NCBI GenBank assembly: GCA_038153405.1
Contig: JAYOYH010000004.1
Span: forward strand, 32,001-96,000
DNA: 64,000 nt
Reading direction: 5' to 3'
Source: Gemmatimonadota bacterium
GTDB lineage: Bacteria; Latescibacterota; UBA2968; UBA8231
Shown here: positions 20,258 through 28,731 of the stretch, one piece after another
Numbering within the stretch: position 1 is the stretch's first letter
Layout of the letters: each line of letters starts with the position of its first letter
Position numbers and translations under genes: made by a program
Notes under the pieces: model-generated
Seen by the model: the letters and a program-made list of their open reading frames with translations, nothing else
Databases searched by the model: none
What the model was told of the DNA's origin: nothing

Positions 20258-20307
20258 TATACTTATGTGCACTATAAAAATAAACTGCACTTATGTGCAG
20301 CTGTCAA
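20258..20307 (-). promoter_or_regulatory. Promoter with tandem palindromic operator upstream of the small ORF
   Basis: TTGACA on the minus strand at 20307-20302; CTGCAC-TTAT-GTGCAG at 20285-20300; degenerate copy TATAC-TTAT-GTGCA at 20258-20271. The -10 element is poor. Confidence 0.6.
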
Positions 20308-20321
20308 GCACTTTTTCTCCC

Positions 20322-20349
20322 TTGACGCACCGCGCCGATTTCCTATCCT
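20322..20349 (+). promoter_or_regulatory. Putative promoter of the aldo/keto reductase gene
   Basis: TTGACG-N16-TATCCT. Confidence 0.45.
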
Positions 20350-20389
20350 ACAGGGTCTTTTACCTGAACGTAATTTCACACGAGGCACC

Positions 20390-21289
20390 ATGAGCGCGAT
20401 AGAAGAGCGAGCCATCGGCAAGACCGGTATGACACCCAAGGCGCTGGGCATTGGCTGCGCGTGGTTCGGCAGCGACAAGAGCTCGGACGCCGACACTATC
20501 GCCGGCGTGCGCCGGGCCATTGACCTGGGCCTGAACTACATCGATACCTCGGCCGGCTACGGCGAGAGCGAACGCCGCGTCGGGCTGGCGCTGGCCGGCG
20601 GCTATCGCGACAAAATTTACCTACAGACCAAAGCCGGCACGCACCCCGAGCACCGCGGCGACTACCGCGCTAAAACCATTCGCTGGAGCGTGGAAAACAG
20701 CCTGCGCCTGCTGGGCACAGACTATTTGGACTCGGTCCTCATACACGACCCGTCCGACATAGAGGTACCCTTGGCACCGGGCCATGCGCTCGACGAGTTG
20801 CTCGAGATGAAAGAGGAAGGCCTTATCGGCCACGTTGGACTCGGCGTGCGCCAGCACGAATTTCACCGCCGCGCTATTGAGACCGGGCTGATTGAAATCG
20901 TCCTGTCTTTTTTAGACTACACGCTGCTCGACCAGTCGGTCGCCCGCACTACGCTGCCGCTGGCGCGAGAGCGCGGCGTGGGTATCATTTTGGCTAGCGT
21001 CTTTGCCATGGGCACGCTGACCGGCGTCGAGCCCGATGCGGAGACGGAGCGTCGCCGCAACCCAAACGGCGAACCGCGGGCCCACCAGATGTGGTCCTGG
21101 TGTCGACAGCGCGGAGTTAATATACGCCATCTAGCTATGCAGTTTTGCCTGGCTGCACCCATCGACGGCATCGTCATGGCCGGTCCCTGCAATGCGGCCG
21201 AAGTCGACGATGCCTTTGACGCGGCAACGGCCGACGTCCCCGAAGAGATCTGGACTGAGTTCAAAAGGGAATTTGGCGTGGGGGTCTGA
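20390..21289 (+). CDS. Aldo/keto reductase
   Basis: GLNYIDTSAGYGESERRVG, LQTKAG, SVENSLRLLGTDYLD, LIHD. Confidence 0.93.
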   Translation: MSAIEERAIGKTGMTPKALGIGCAWFGSDKSSDADTIAGVRRAIDLGLNYIDTSAGYGESERRVGLALAGGYRDKIYLQTKAGTHPEHRGDYRAKTIRWSVENSLRLLGTDYLDSVLIHDPSDIEVPLAPGHALDELLEMKEEGLIGHVGLGVRQHEFHRRAIETGLIEIVLSFLDYTLLDQSVARTTLPLARERGVGIILASVFAMGTLTGVEPDAETERRRNPNGEPRAHQMWSWCRQRGVNIRHLAMQFCLAAPIDGIVMAGPCNAAEVDDAFDAATADVPEEIWTEFKREFGVGV

Positions 21290-21879
21290 TGGAGTGGAGC
21301 GGCCTACTGCTCGACCTTGCGCCGCTGGCCGTCTTCGCCATCCTCGACAGTGCGGGCAACGTGCGCTATGCCTTGATCGGCGCCGCCCTAGCCGCAGTGC
21401 TCGAGCTGGCCTACAGCCACTTCTTTCTCGGCGGCATCGACGCCTTCTCGCTCTTGTTTTTTGCCCTGATTATCGCCTTTGCCGCGCTGGCCTACTACTT
21501 CAAAAACCCACTATTCTTCAAGCTCAAACCCGCCGCCATCGGCTGCTGCACCGCGCTTATTATGCTCCTGACGTCTGCCATTGGCCGCCCCGCCATGCTG
21601 GAAATGACCGAACACTACGCCGCCGCAATGCCCGCATCGCTGCAAGCGCAGTTGGCACAGGACGGCGTGCGCGCCATGCTCGCGCGCGCCAATTTACACC
21701 TAGGCATCGGGCTTTTAGTCTACGCCGCCGCCTGTGCATGGGCGGCGCTGCGCCTGAGCCGCTGGTGGTGGTTGGCCATCAGCGGGCCCGGACTCTACTT
21801 AGTCGCCTTGATCAGTGCTGTGCTGGCCATGCCCGCGCTCTACAGCGGGTTCATCAGAACATTGTTCCAGCGGTTTTAA
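21289..21879 (+). CDS. YciB/IspZ-like inner membrane protein
   Basis: LLDLAPLAVF start, YFKNPLFFKLKPAAI, several TM segments; translationally coupled to the AKR gene. Confidence 0.7.
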   Translation: MEWSGLLLDLAPLAVFAILDSAGNVRYALIGAALAAVLELAYSHFFLGGIDAFSLLFFALIIAFAALAYYFKNPLFFKLKPAAIGCCTALIMLLTSAIGRPAMLEMTEHYAAAMPASLQAQLAQDGVRAMLARANLHLGIGLLVYAAACAWAALRLSRWWWLAISGPGLYLVALISAVLAMPALYSGFIRTLFQRF

Positions 21880-22986
21880 CCGTATATTTCCGTTGAGCGT
21901 GTGCAACCGAATAACGCCATTGGCCTCGGTGCCCAACTGACCGATTAACTGCGTGCGCTTGGCGAGCTCGACCCGGTGCATGGGCAGCATAGAGTCGACC
22001 GATCCATTGGTCGTACGCGCGTCGATTCGGGCCGGATACGCATCGGGCAAGTGCACCTCGAGCTGTCCATTGGTCGAACTGACCGTTAGGGCCGCATCGC
22101 CGGCGGCAATATGCGCATGTATATTGCCGTTTTGCGTGCTGAATAACCCCTCCTCATGCAGCGCGTCTATGCGCGCTATAATATTGCCGTTTTGCGTGCG
22201 CAAATGCGCCGCACCGCGCACCCCGTCCACCCTAAGATTGCCGTTGGTGGTCTGTGCGCGCACCGCGGCTTGGCTACCGCGCGCCTCGACCTGACCATTT
22301 ACCGCACACAACTCCAGATCGATACCAGCCGGTCCTTCTATGGTGTAGCTCACTTCTACGCTGTGCCCTTTGGGCAGCGGCATATGCTGCTTGTCGATGC
22401 GCACCACATCGCCGTCGCGCAGCACGTCGACCTGCACCTGGCCGATCAGGGCGACGGCTTCGGCGCGACTGTGCGCCTTCACCTTTTTATGCACCGTTAC
22501 CGTTATCCCATCTTGCGGCCCTGCGGTAAAGCGCACGTCGCCGCTGTCGGTGGCTGCGTGGATGGCCAACAGCGCCTTACTGTCCAACGTCCACTCGCAG
22601 TCCTCTACCGCCTCTTCGCGGCCAATAGATGCGTGTTCGACGACTTCATCGATGACGTCGCGCACCTGATCAACTACCTTGTCGACCATCCGCCCCATGT
22701 CCATTCGCTGCACGCGATGCACGGCCTCGTCTATTTCGCGCCGCACGACATGGCCCATTTCGCCCCCTTGCACCGCCGCCACTGCCCGGCGCACCTCTTG
22801 ACCAATCTCACCTAGTATTTCGCCGAAATCCCCAGCGCGGACCGATCGACCGCGCCGCGTCGCATGCCCGCTCTCGCCCTGCGGCGCCTCGTCGTCGCCC
22901 AGTGCTTTGAGCAGCGTCTCGGCCTCTTCTACGCTGATCTTTCCCTCGGCCAGCATCCGCAGAATGGTGACTTTCTCTTCGCTCAT
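21799..22986 (-). CDS. SHOCT-like N-terminus plus DUF4097 beta-repeat protein (YvlB/LiaX-like)
   Basis: EEKVTILRMLAEGKISVEEAETLLKAL; repeated T-x-N-G-[NQS]-[ILV] strands. Confidence 0.85.
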   Translation of the reverse strand: MSEEKVTILRMLAEGKISVEEAETLLKALGDDEAPQGESGHATRRGRSVRAGDFGEILGEIGQEVRRAVAAVQGGEMGHVVRREIDEAVHRVQRMDMGRMVDKVVDQVRDVIDEVVEHASIGREEAVEDCEWTLDSKALLAIHAATDSGDVRFTAGPQDGITVTVHKKVKAHSRAEAVALIGQVQVDVLRDGDVVRIDKQHMPLPKGHSVEVSYTIEGPAGIDLELCAVNGQVEARGSQAAVRAQTTNGNLRVDGVRGAAHLRTQNGNIIARIDALHEEGLFSTQNGNIHAHIAAGDAALTVSSTNGQLEVHLPDAYPARIDARTTNGSVDSMLPMHRVELAKRTQLIGQLGTEANGVIRLHTLNGNIRLKPLEQCSDEPAVERGHGQHSTDQGD

Positions 22987-22998
22987 TGCTGCACCTCG

Positions 22999-23385
22999 CT
23001 ATTTAATTTTGGTCAACTCGCGCGCGGCGCTAGCCGCATCCAATTCGCCGCGGTTCAACTGTTCCAATACCGCCCGGCGCCGACGCACCAAATCGCTTCC
23101 AGCCTCTTCCTCGTCACTGCCAACATCAAAACCCATTTCGCCAATAATGCGGTTCAATCGCTTGCGCAAATCTTGATAGGGCTCACCCAGTTCGCGCTCC
23201 ATTTCCTTTAGATTGCCACGCTTGCGCACAAAAACCTCCAAAAAGCGCAGGCTCTCGGCCGAGAGGCGGTCAAAAGCGCTCAGAGCAAAGCGACCCTGGA
23301 TTACCGTATCGCACTGGCAGCAGCTGAGCTGACTGGCGCAAAGCCCCCCGCCGCAGGCCGGACACGTCGCCAATATACTGTGCAC
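22999..23385 (-). CDS. DUF2089 family protein (Zn ribbon + HTH + SHOCT-like tail)
   Basis: CPACGG, CCQCDTVIQGRF, RGNLKEMERELG, VLEQLNRGELDAASA. Confidence 0.88.
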   Translation of the reverse strand: MHSILATCPACGGGLCASQLSCCQCDTVIQGRFALSAFDRLSAESLRFLEVFVRKRGNLKEMERELGEPYQDLRKRLNRIIGEMGFDVGSDEEEAGSDLVRRRRAVLEQLNRGELDAASAARELTKIK

Positions 23386-23447
23386 AGTTCATCTCCTTTC
23401 GCCATACGCATTGAACTTGACTATTGCAATTATTTATAAGTATACCA

Positions 23448-23520
23448 AAATATTTAGCGCGTTGGGGGAATTTATTTCAAATATTTTTGATTTTCTCAAA
23501 ATATTTTTATTTTCTCAAAA
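23448..23520. repeat. AT-rich repeated AAATATTT boxes upstream of the DUF2089 operon
   Basis: AAATATTT at 23448, 23479 and 23499; near-tandem unit TCAAA(A)TATTTTT(G)ATTTTC. Confidence 0.6.
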
Positions 23521-23551
23521 AAAGCGCTCGCACTGCCACGGTGCGAGCGCT
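23517..23551 (-). terminator. Intrinsic terminator after zapA
   Basis: Perfect 11-bp stem AGCGCTCGCAC/GTGCGAGCGCT with a 7-nt loop and a U-run on the minus strand. Confidence 0.85.
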
Positions 23552-23575
23552 GCAAAAGACGGCGTAGACGCGCAC

Positions 23576-23929
23576 TCAGTAACGCGCCGACTCCGCCTTC
23601 CACTCTATCCATTCGCTCGTCATGGGCAGCAGCGCTGAGCGCTGTTCGACCAACGCATTGAGTCGCTTTATTTGTCCGTGCGCCTGCTCTAAGAGCATCT
23701 CGCGCTCTTCGCGTAGCGCTAGCAATTCGGCGGCCAGTTCCATAGCAGCCAGCACAGCGACCTTGCCGCGGCTCACATCTCCGACGCGCGCTTGCACTGC
23801 CCGCATCTGCGCATCGACGCACGCTGCAACGCGTCGCGTGACCTCTGCCTCCAGCGGGCTGGCAATGCAGTATTCCTCATCGCCGATAAGCACGCGCGCC
23901 GTGTTCTGCACCTGTTCCATAGTGACCAT
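23576..23929 (-). CDS. zapA: Cell division protein ZapA
   Basis: RVLIGDEEYCI, RVAACVDAQMR, KVAVLAAMELAAELL, C-terminal coiled coil. Confidence 0.88.
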   Translation of the reverse strand: MVTMEQVQNTARVLIGDEEYCIASPLEAEVTRRVAACVDAQMRAVQARVGDVSRGKVAVLAAMELAAELLALREEREMLLEQAHGQIKRLNALVEQRSALLPMTSEWIEWKAESARY

Positions 23930-24097
23930 CCTCTCGCGGTCGCTTCTACCCTCAATCCCTGCCCGTCTACCCTCACCACCCAGTCTACGAAGAAAACGCC
24001 GCACGGTCCGACTCAGTTCCTACCCAGTTCGGCGAGCGCGGGGAATTATCTTATATTGAGTACTCCGCCCGATGTATACCCCTTCCGGAGCGATCCT

Positions 24098-24529
24098 ATG
24101 CGATCCGTTTTCATCCTGCTGTTGAGCACCGTGCTCGCATCCTGCGGCACCGATAAATCCACCGATATGGTATTCGATCCCAACAGCGAGGGAGAACAGG
24201 ATGCCAACCAGAGCGTCGAAGCCACGTTCGCGTTTATTCAGGAAACCATTTTCGACCGCTCCTGCGCTACCAGCGGCTGCCATGTGACGACCTATCCCAA
24301 CCTCTCGGCCGGACAGTCCCATGCCGCCATCGTCAACGGCGCCAGCAGCGCGGGCCCCAACCAGCCGCTGATCAAACCGGGCGACCCGGAAAACAGCTAT
24401 CTATTCCTCAAGATAACCGGCGCATCCAGCATCCTGGGCAACCGCATGCCGCTGGGACGACCGGCCCTGAGCGATGCGTACATCGCGGCCGTGCGCACGT
24501 GGATCGAACGAGGCGCTCCCAATGATTAG
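24098..24529 (+). CDS. Lipoprotein with cytochrome-c-like CX4CH motif
   Basis: Lipobox VLASC, IQETIFDRSCATSGCH, IKPGDPENSYLFLKI, RMPLG, TWIERGA. Confidence 0.8.
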   Translation: MRSVFILLLSTVLASCGTDKSTDMVFDPNSEGEQDANQSVEATFAFIQETIFDRSCATSGCHVTTYPNLSAGQSHAAIVNGASSAGPNQPLIKPGDPENSYLFLKITGASSILGNRMPLGRPALSDAYIAAVRTWIERGAPND

Positions 24530-25112
24530 GTTCGCTCTCTCCATCGCGCTAGTGCTGCTAACCGCAACGGCGCAGGCCGGCGAGTGGCACGTCGATGCCG
24601 AGCACGCTGACAACCGGGTCCTCTTCACTTCCGAAGTAGTGGCCCTCAGCTTTGATGGGGTCACGCGCAAGATAGACGGCTATACCTACTGGGAGGGCGA
24701 GGCCCTCTTTGAGCAAAAGAGCCAGTTTTTCTTTGAAGTCGACATGGCCTCTTTCGACACGGGGATTGGCAAGCGCGATCGCGATATGCGCGAAGTCCTC
24801 GGCACCCGAAAGTGGCCTAAGGCCCATTTCGAAGGCGCCATCGCAACGGTCGCCCCCGACACCAGTGCTCCTCATAGCTACACGGCCTTAGCCAAGGGCA
24901 TTTTTTCGCTGCACGGCGTCAAGCGCCCCGTCGAAATGCCCGTGGCCATCACCGTCGGCGATACCCATTCCACAATAGCCGCCGACTTTGCCATTCGCCT
25001 GCAGGACTACGGCATCGAAGCACCCAGCCTGGCCGCCTTTATCAAAGTGAGCGAAATGGTCGACGTTTCCGTGCACTTCCGCATGCGGCACATCGCACAG
25101 AAGAAAGAGTGA
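24522..25112 (+). CDS. YceI family protein (exported)
   Basis: Signal peptide AQA|GE, FDTGIGKRDRDMR, FSLHGVKR, LQDYGIEAP. Confidence 0.88.
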   Translation: MIRFALSIALVLLTATAQAGEWHVDAEHADNRVLFTSEVVALSFDGVTRKIDGYTYWEGEALFEQKSQFFFEVDMASFDTGIGKRDRDMREVLGTRKWPKAHFEGAIATVAPDTSAPHSYTALAKGIFSLHGVKRPVEMPVAITVGDTHSTIAADFAIRLQDYGIEAPSLAAFIKVSEMVDVSVHFRMRHIAQKKE

Positions 25113-25116
25113 GAAC

Positions 25117-25995
25117 ATGTTCCGCAACGCCCTGATCACCGTCCTCCTATGCCCCCTTACCGCGTTGGCACAGCCCACGTGGAAGCGCGATACTGCACCG
25201 GTACCAGCCCCCCCCGTCGAAGTATTTCGCGCCGTTATGACGGCCAATTTACCGACGGCCACCACGCTCTACAGAGGCGACTGGCACTACGAAATTTCGC
25301 ATCGCTTTCATCCGACCATCGGCGACGGCTATGACGCCCATTTCGGCCTCGACGGACCGGCCAGCATGCGCATGGCTTTTGGCTATGGACTGAGCGATAA
25401 GTCGATGGTTACGCTGGGCCGCAGCAACGTGCTGGACAACCTAGACCTGCAGCTCAAACGCCGGCTGTGGGCCGCCGAGCACGCGTCGATGGCCAGCGCG
25501 CTAGCGCTGCAAATCGGCCTGGCGTGGAATACCGATATGAGCGCCATTCGCCCGTTTTCCGCGCGCAGTCGCAGCGACGGGGCCAACGTTCAGTACTGGG
25601 CACAGTTGGCCTACAATGCCCGATTACTCGACGGCAAATTGGCCGTGGGCATCGTGCCATCTTACCTCTATAACAGCGCCATCTTTAGCGTCGAGCCGCA
25701 GCACACCATCACGCTAGGCACGTACTATCAGATCTACTTTAACGATATGTGGGGCCTCTGGCTCGAATACAGCCCCGCGCTATCGGGCTACCAGGGCGTT
25801 CTGCTGCCCGGAGAAACCGACCGTTCGCACAACCCGCTGGCGTGGGGAATTTCCATCGAGACGGGCGGCCACGTATTTTACTTTTTCGCCACCAACAATA
25901 CGCGCCTCAATACGGCGCAGTATCTGGTCGGTGCACCCCATTCGTCGGGCCCGTCCAATTGGCGCCTCGGCTTTGCGATTACGCGCTATCTGTAG
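25117..25995 (+). CDS. DUF5777-type outer-membrane beta-barrel protein
   Basis: Signal peptide, ISHRF, FGLDG, GISIETGGHVF, RLGFAITRYL end. Confidence 0.8.
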   Translation: MFRNALITVLLCPLTALAQPTWKRDTAPVPAPPVEVFRAVMTANLPTATTLYRGDWHYEISHRFHPTIGDGYDAHFGLDGPASMRMAFGYGLSDKSMVTLGRSNVLDNLDLQLKRRLWAAEHASMASALALQIGLAWNTDMSAIRPFSARSRSDGANVQYWAQLAYNARLLDGKLAVGIVPSYLYNSAIFSVEPQHTITLGTYYQIYFNDMWGLWLEYSPALSGYQGVLLPGETDRSHNPLAWGISIETGGHVFYFFATNNTRLNTAQYLVGAPHSSGPSNWRLGFAITRYL

Positions 25996-26034
25996 GGCCG
26001 TCCCGCATAGAAGAGAGAGAAGAGAGAGCGGCAT

Positions 26035-26787
26035 ATGTTCAGGGAAGAAATGAAGGCGTTCTATGAAGCCAACGGCTATCTCGTAGTCAACGACGTCTTT
26101 AGCGCAGGCGAATTGGAGGCCATCCGCGCGCAGATTGACGCCCTGCTGGCCGATGCCGACCATCCGCCGGACGGCGTCACGATCGGCCGCGAGGGCAATA
26201 CGACCGCCGACCGCACCAGCGCGGACGCGCGCAACGACGCCATCCGCGGTGCCGCCTTCCTCGTGCGCTTTATCCCCTTTTTTCAGGGCGTGGCGCGCCA
26301 GCAAAACCTGCTGTCCTGCGCGCGGGGCCTGCTGGGCCCGCGCGTCAAAGTGTTCCGCGACCAGGCCTTGTTTAAACCGCCGGGCGGCCAGGCCAAACCG
26401 CTACACCAAGACCAGAGCTATTTCCGCGTCGAGCCCATCGACGATCTGGCCACCGCGTGGATCGCCCTTGACGACGCCACGCTCGACAACGGCTGCATGC
26501 ACTACGTGCCCGGTTCGCACCGGCACGGTATCTTTGCCGTCGATGCCGATCCAGAACGTCCAGTCCACCACGTGCCGCGCACCGGCGACCTCGACTTGCC
26601 GTCACCCGTAGCCTGCCCGGTGCCTGCCGGATCGGTGATCTTCCACCACGGCTGTGCGCTGCACGCCAGCGCCGCCAACCACAGCGACACCTGGCGCCGA
26701 GCCATTATATTCCACTACGCCACGACCGACGCGCGCTCGCAGAACGAGTCGCTCAACGAGCAGATCTCACTGGAGATTGACGTCTAA
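26035..26787 (+). CDS. PhyH-family Fe(II)/2OG dioxygenase
   Basis: FYEANGYLV, LFKPP, LHQDQSY, AWIALDDATLDNGCM, LHASAAN, RRAIIFHY. Confidence 0.93.
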   Translation: MFREEMKAFYEANGYLVVNDVFSAGELEAIRAQIDALLADADHPPDGVTIGREGNTTADRTSADARNDAIRGAAFLVRFIPFFQGVARQQNLLSCARGLLGPRVKVFRDQALFKPPGGQAKPLHQDQSYFRVEPIDDLATAWIALDDATLDNGCMHYVPGSHRHGIFAVDADPERPVHHVPRTGDLDLPSPVACPVPAGSVIFHHGCALHASAANHSDTWRRAIIFHYATTDARSQNESLNEQISLEIDV

Positions 26788-27732
26788 AGGCCAGCGCCTT
26801 GCGCGCCCCGCCTGCATCGCCTCGGCCACTTCCACCGCCCGCAGACCATCGCGCAGCGTCGGCCACCAGCCGCCCTCGCGCAGGTAGCGCAGAAAGGCGC
26901 GCGTCTCATCGAGCGCACCGTTTCTTTCCCACTCCGGCACCGCCTCATCGGCCGACCAAGCCTCCACCGTCTCGCCCCGATCGGCAATGGTCAGCGCACA
27001 GCGCCCCACGTCGACGTCTATGCTATAGTCCTCGCCGACAATTTCCATTCGCTCGCTGACCGTACCGCTGGTCGGCGCCACGACAAAGGTGGCCGCCCCG
27101 CCTGCAAAGCGCACGCGCGCGTCGAAGAAGGGCGTGCCGCGCGCGCCCACGGCAACGGTTTCGACGACCATCTCGAGCGGCGGTCCCATCACGGCCAGCA
27201 CGTTGTCGATCGCGTGAATAGCCGTGCCAGGGGCAAAGCGCTCGTCGTAGCGGGCGTGCCGCAGCATGCGCGATGCAACGAGCAGCGGGGGCCGTTCGGC
27301 GTTTTGCGCCATCCAAGCGCGTGCCCGGGCAAAGGCCGGACCAAAGCGCCGATTAAACGAAACCATATGCGGCGCGTTCAGCGCATCGGCCAGATCGGCC
27401 AGACGGCGCGCCTGCACCTGGTCGGATCCGGGCGGTTTTTCCACTACCAGCGGTATTGCGCGACGCATGATCTTTTCGGCGACGGCCTCGGTGTGCTCAA
27501 TGGGCGTAACGGCGACGATGCCGTCGGGCCGTTCACATTCGATCATTTCGTCGAGGTCTTTATAAGCGCGCGCAAAACCAAAGTCGGCCGCATAGCGCTC
27601 GGCCCGATCGCGCTGCAGATCGCATACGGCCACCAGCGCCAGAGAAGCGCCCATTTCCTCTTTGCAGCGCCTGAGAGCGGGCCCGTGATTGGTGCGCGAG
27701 TGGGCGCCGGCGCCGACGACGGCAACCTTCAT
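26767..27732 (-). CDS. Gfo/Idh/MocA oxidoreductase
   Basis: KVAVVGAG, VVEKPP, VSFNRRF, AIHAID. Confidence 0.9.
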   Translation of the reverse strand: MKVAVVGAGAHSRTNHGPALRRCKEEMGASLALVAVCDLQRDRAERYAADFGFARAYKDLDEMIECERPDGIVAVTPIEHTEAVAEKIMRRAIPLVVEKPPGSDQVQARRLADLADALNAPHMVSFNRRFGPAFARARAWMAQNAERPPLLVASRMLRHARYDERFAPGTAIHAIDNVLAVMGPPLEMVVETVAVGARGTPFFDARVRFAGGAATFVVAPTSGTVSERMEIVGEDYSIDVDVGRCALTIADRGETVEAWSADEAVPEWERNGALDETRAFLRYLREGGWWPTLRDGLRAVEVAEAMQAGRARRWPLDVNLQ

Positions 27733-27742
27733 CTGCTCCTCC

Positions 27743-28720
27743 TCACGCGGCAAAATCGGCATCGATGACTGCCTGCAGGCGCGCCAGCGCGGCCTCGGGC
27801 AACGGTCCGCGCTCCACCGCCGCAAGCGCCTGTTCGAGATGCTCTAACTCGGCCATGCCGACGACCACGCCCGACACGCCGGGATTGCTCAGCGCAAAGC
27901 GCACGGCCACCTGCGCGCGCGGCCCCTCTCCAGTCCCCACCGCCGCCAAGAGTTGGGCCGCTTTGCGTTCGTTTGACTCGACGTCGGCGTTGGGAATAAT
28001 CTCGCCCTCGCGCCCGTGCCGCACGTCGGTTGCCAATACGCCAGCGGCCAGCGCGCGGATCACCAGCACGCCAACGCGCTCGGCGCGACAGGTCTCAATC
28101 AGATTGCCAAAGTCGTGTGCCGACCACTGCGTCGGAACCGCACAGCCAGCGCTCGGGTTAATCATATTGTAATACACCTGTGCCGACTCGTAGAAACCGC
28201 TCTTGACGACCGCGTGCAAGGCCGCCCTCTCGCCGTTAGCAGTAAAGCCGATGTGGCGGGTAAGGCCGGCACCGCGCACGCGCTCCAACCCCTCGCGCAC
28301 CGGCCCCAGCATATCGTCCACGCTCAGACCATTGCCCTGTCCGCGCCGCTCAAAGACCAAGTTGTGCACCTGCAGCAGGTCTACCGAGTCCATCTGCAAA
28401 CGGGACAAGCTCTCGCGCACGCTCCGCTCTACCTGACCGGCCAAGTCATCCACCGTCGGGTCGAGCAGCGCTTTGGTCGCAACGTAGGGGCGTTCGGCAG
28501 CCGGTATTTCGCCCAACAGCCAGCCAATGGACTCTTCCGAGGCACCCTGCCCGTACATCGGCGCCGTGTCGATCCAGTTGATGCCCGCTTCCAGCGCACG
28601 CGCCACGGCGCGCCGGCGGGTGTCGTCGTCGCCGCGTATCAGCAAACCGCCTACGGCGCCGCCGCCAAAGACGATCTCCGAAACGCGCAGTCCCGTCTTA
28701 CCCAACGTGCGATAGTTCAT
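27743..28720 (-). CDS. Aldo/keto reductase
   Basis: YRTLGKTGLRVSEI, INWIDTAPMYGQGASE, VATK, DLLQVHN. Confidence 0.93.
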   Translation of the reverse strand: MNYRTLGKTGLRVSEIVFGGGAVGGLLIRGDDDTRRRAVARALEAGINWIDTAPMYGQGASEESIGWLLGEIPAAERPYVATKALLDPTVDDLAGQVERSVRESLSRLQMDSVDLLQVHNLVFERRGQGNGLSVDDMLGPVREGLERVRGAGLTRHIGFTANGERAALHAVVKSGFYESAQVYYNMINPSAGCAVPTQWSAHDFGNLIETCRAERVGVLVIRALAAGVLATDVRHGREGEIIPNADVESNERKAAQLLAAVGTGEGPRAQVAVRFALSNPGVSGVVVGMAELEHLEQALAAVERGPLPEAALARLQAVIDADFAA

Positions 28721-28731
28721 ATGCGCTCCTC

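Noticed and set aside
23386..23575. 6S RNA downstream of zapA, a common arrangement in some bacteria
   Set aside because: A terminator follows zapA directly, and the rest is AT-rich promoter-like DNA with no long rod-shaped pairing.
26009..26028. Purine-rich AGAAGAGAG repeat as a phase-variable tract
   Set aside because: Too short and imperfect; more likely part of a ribosome-binding region.
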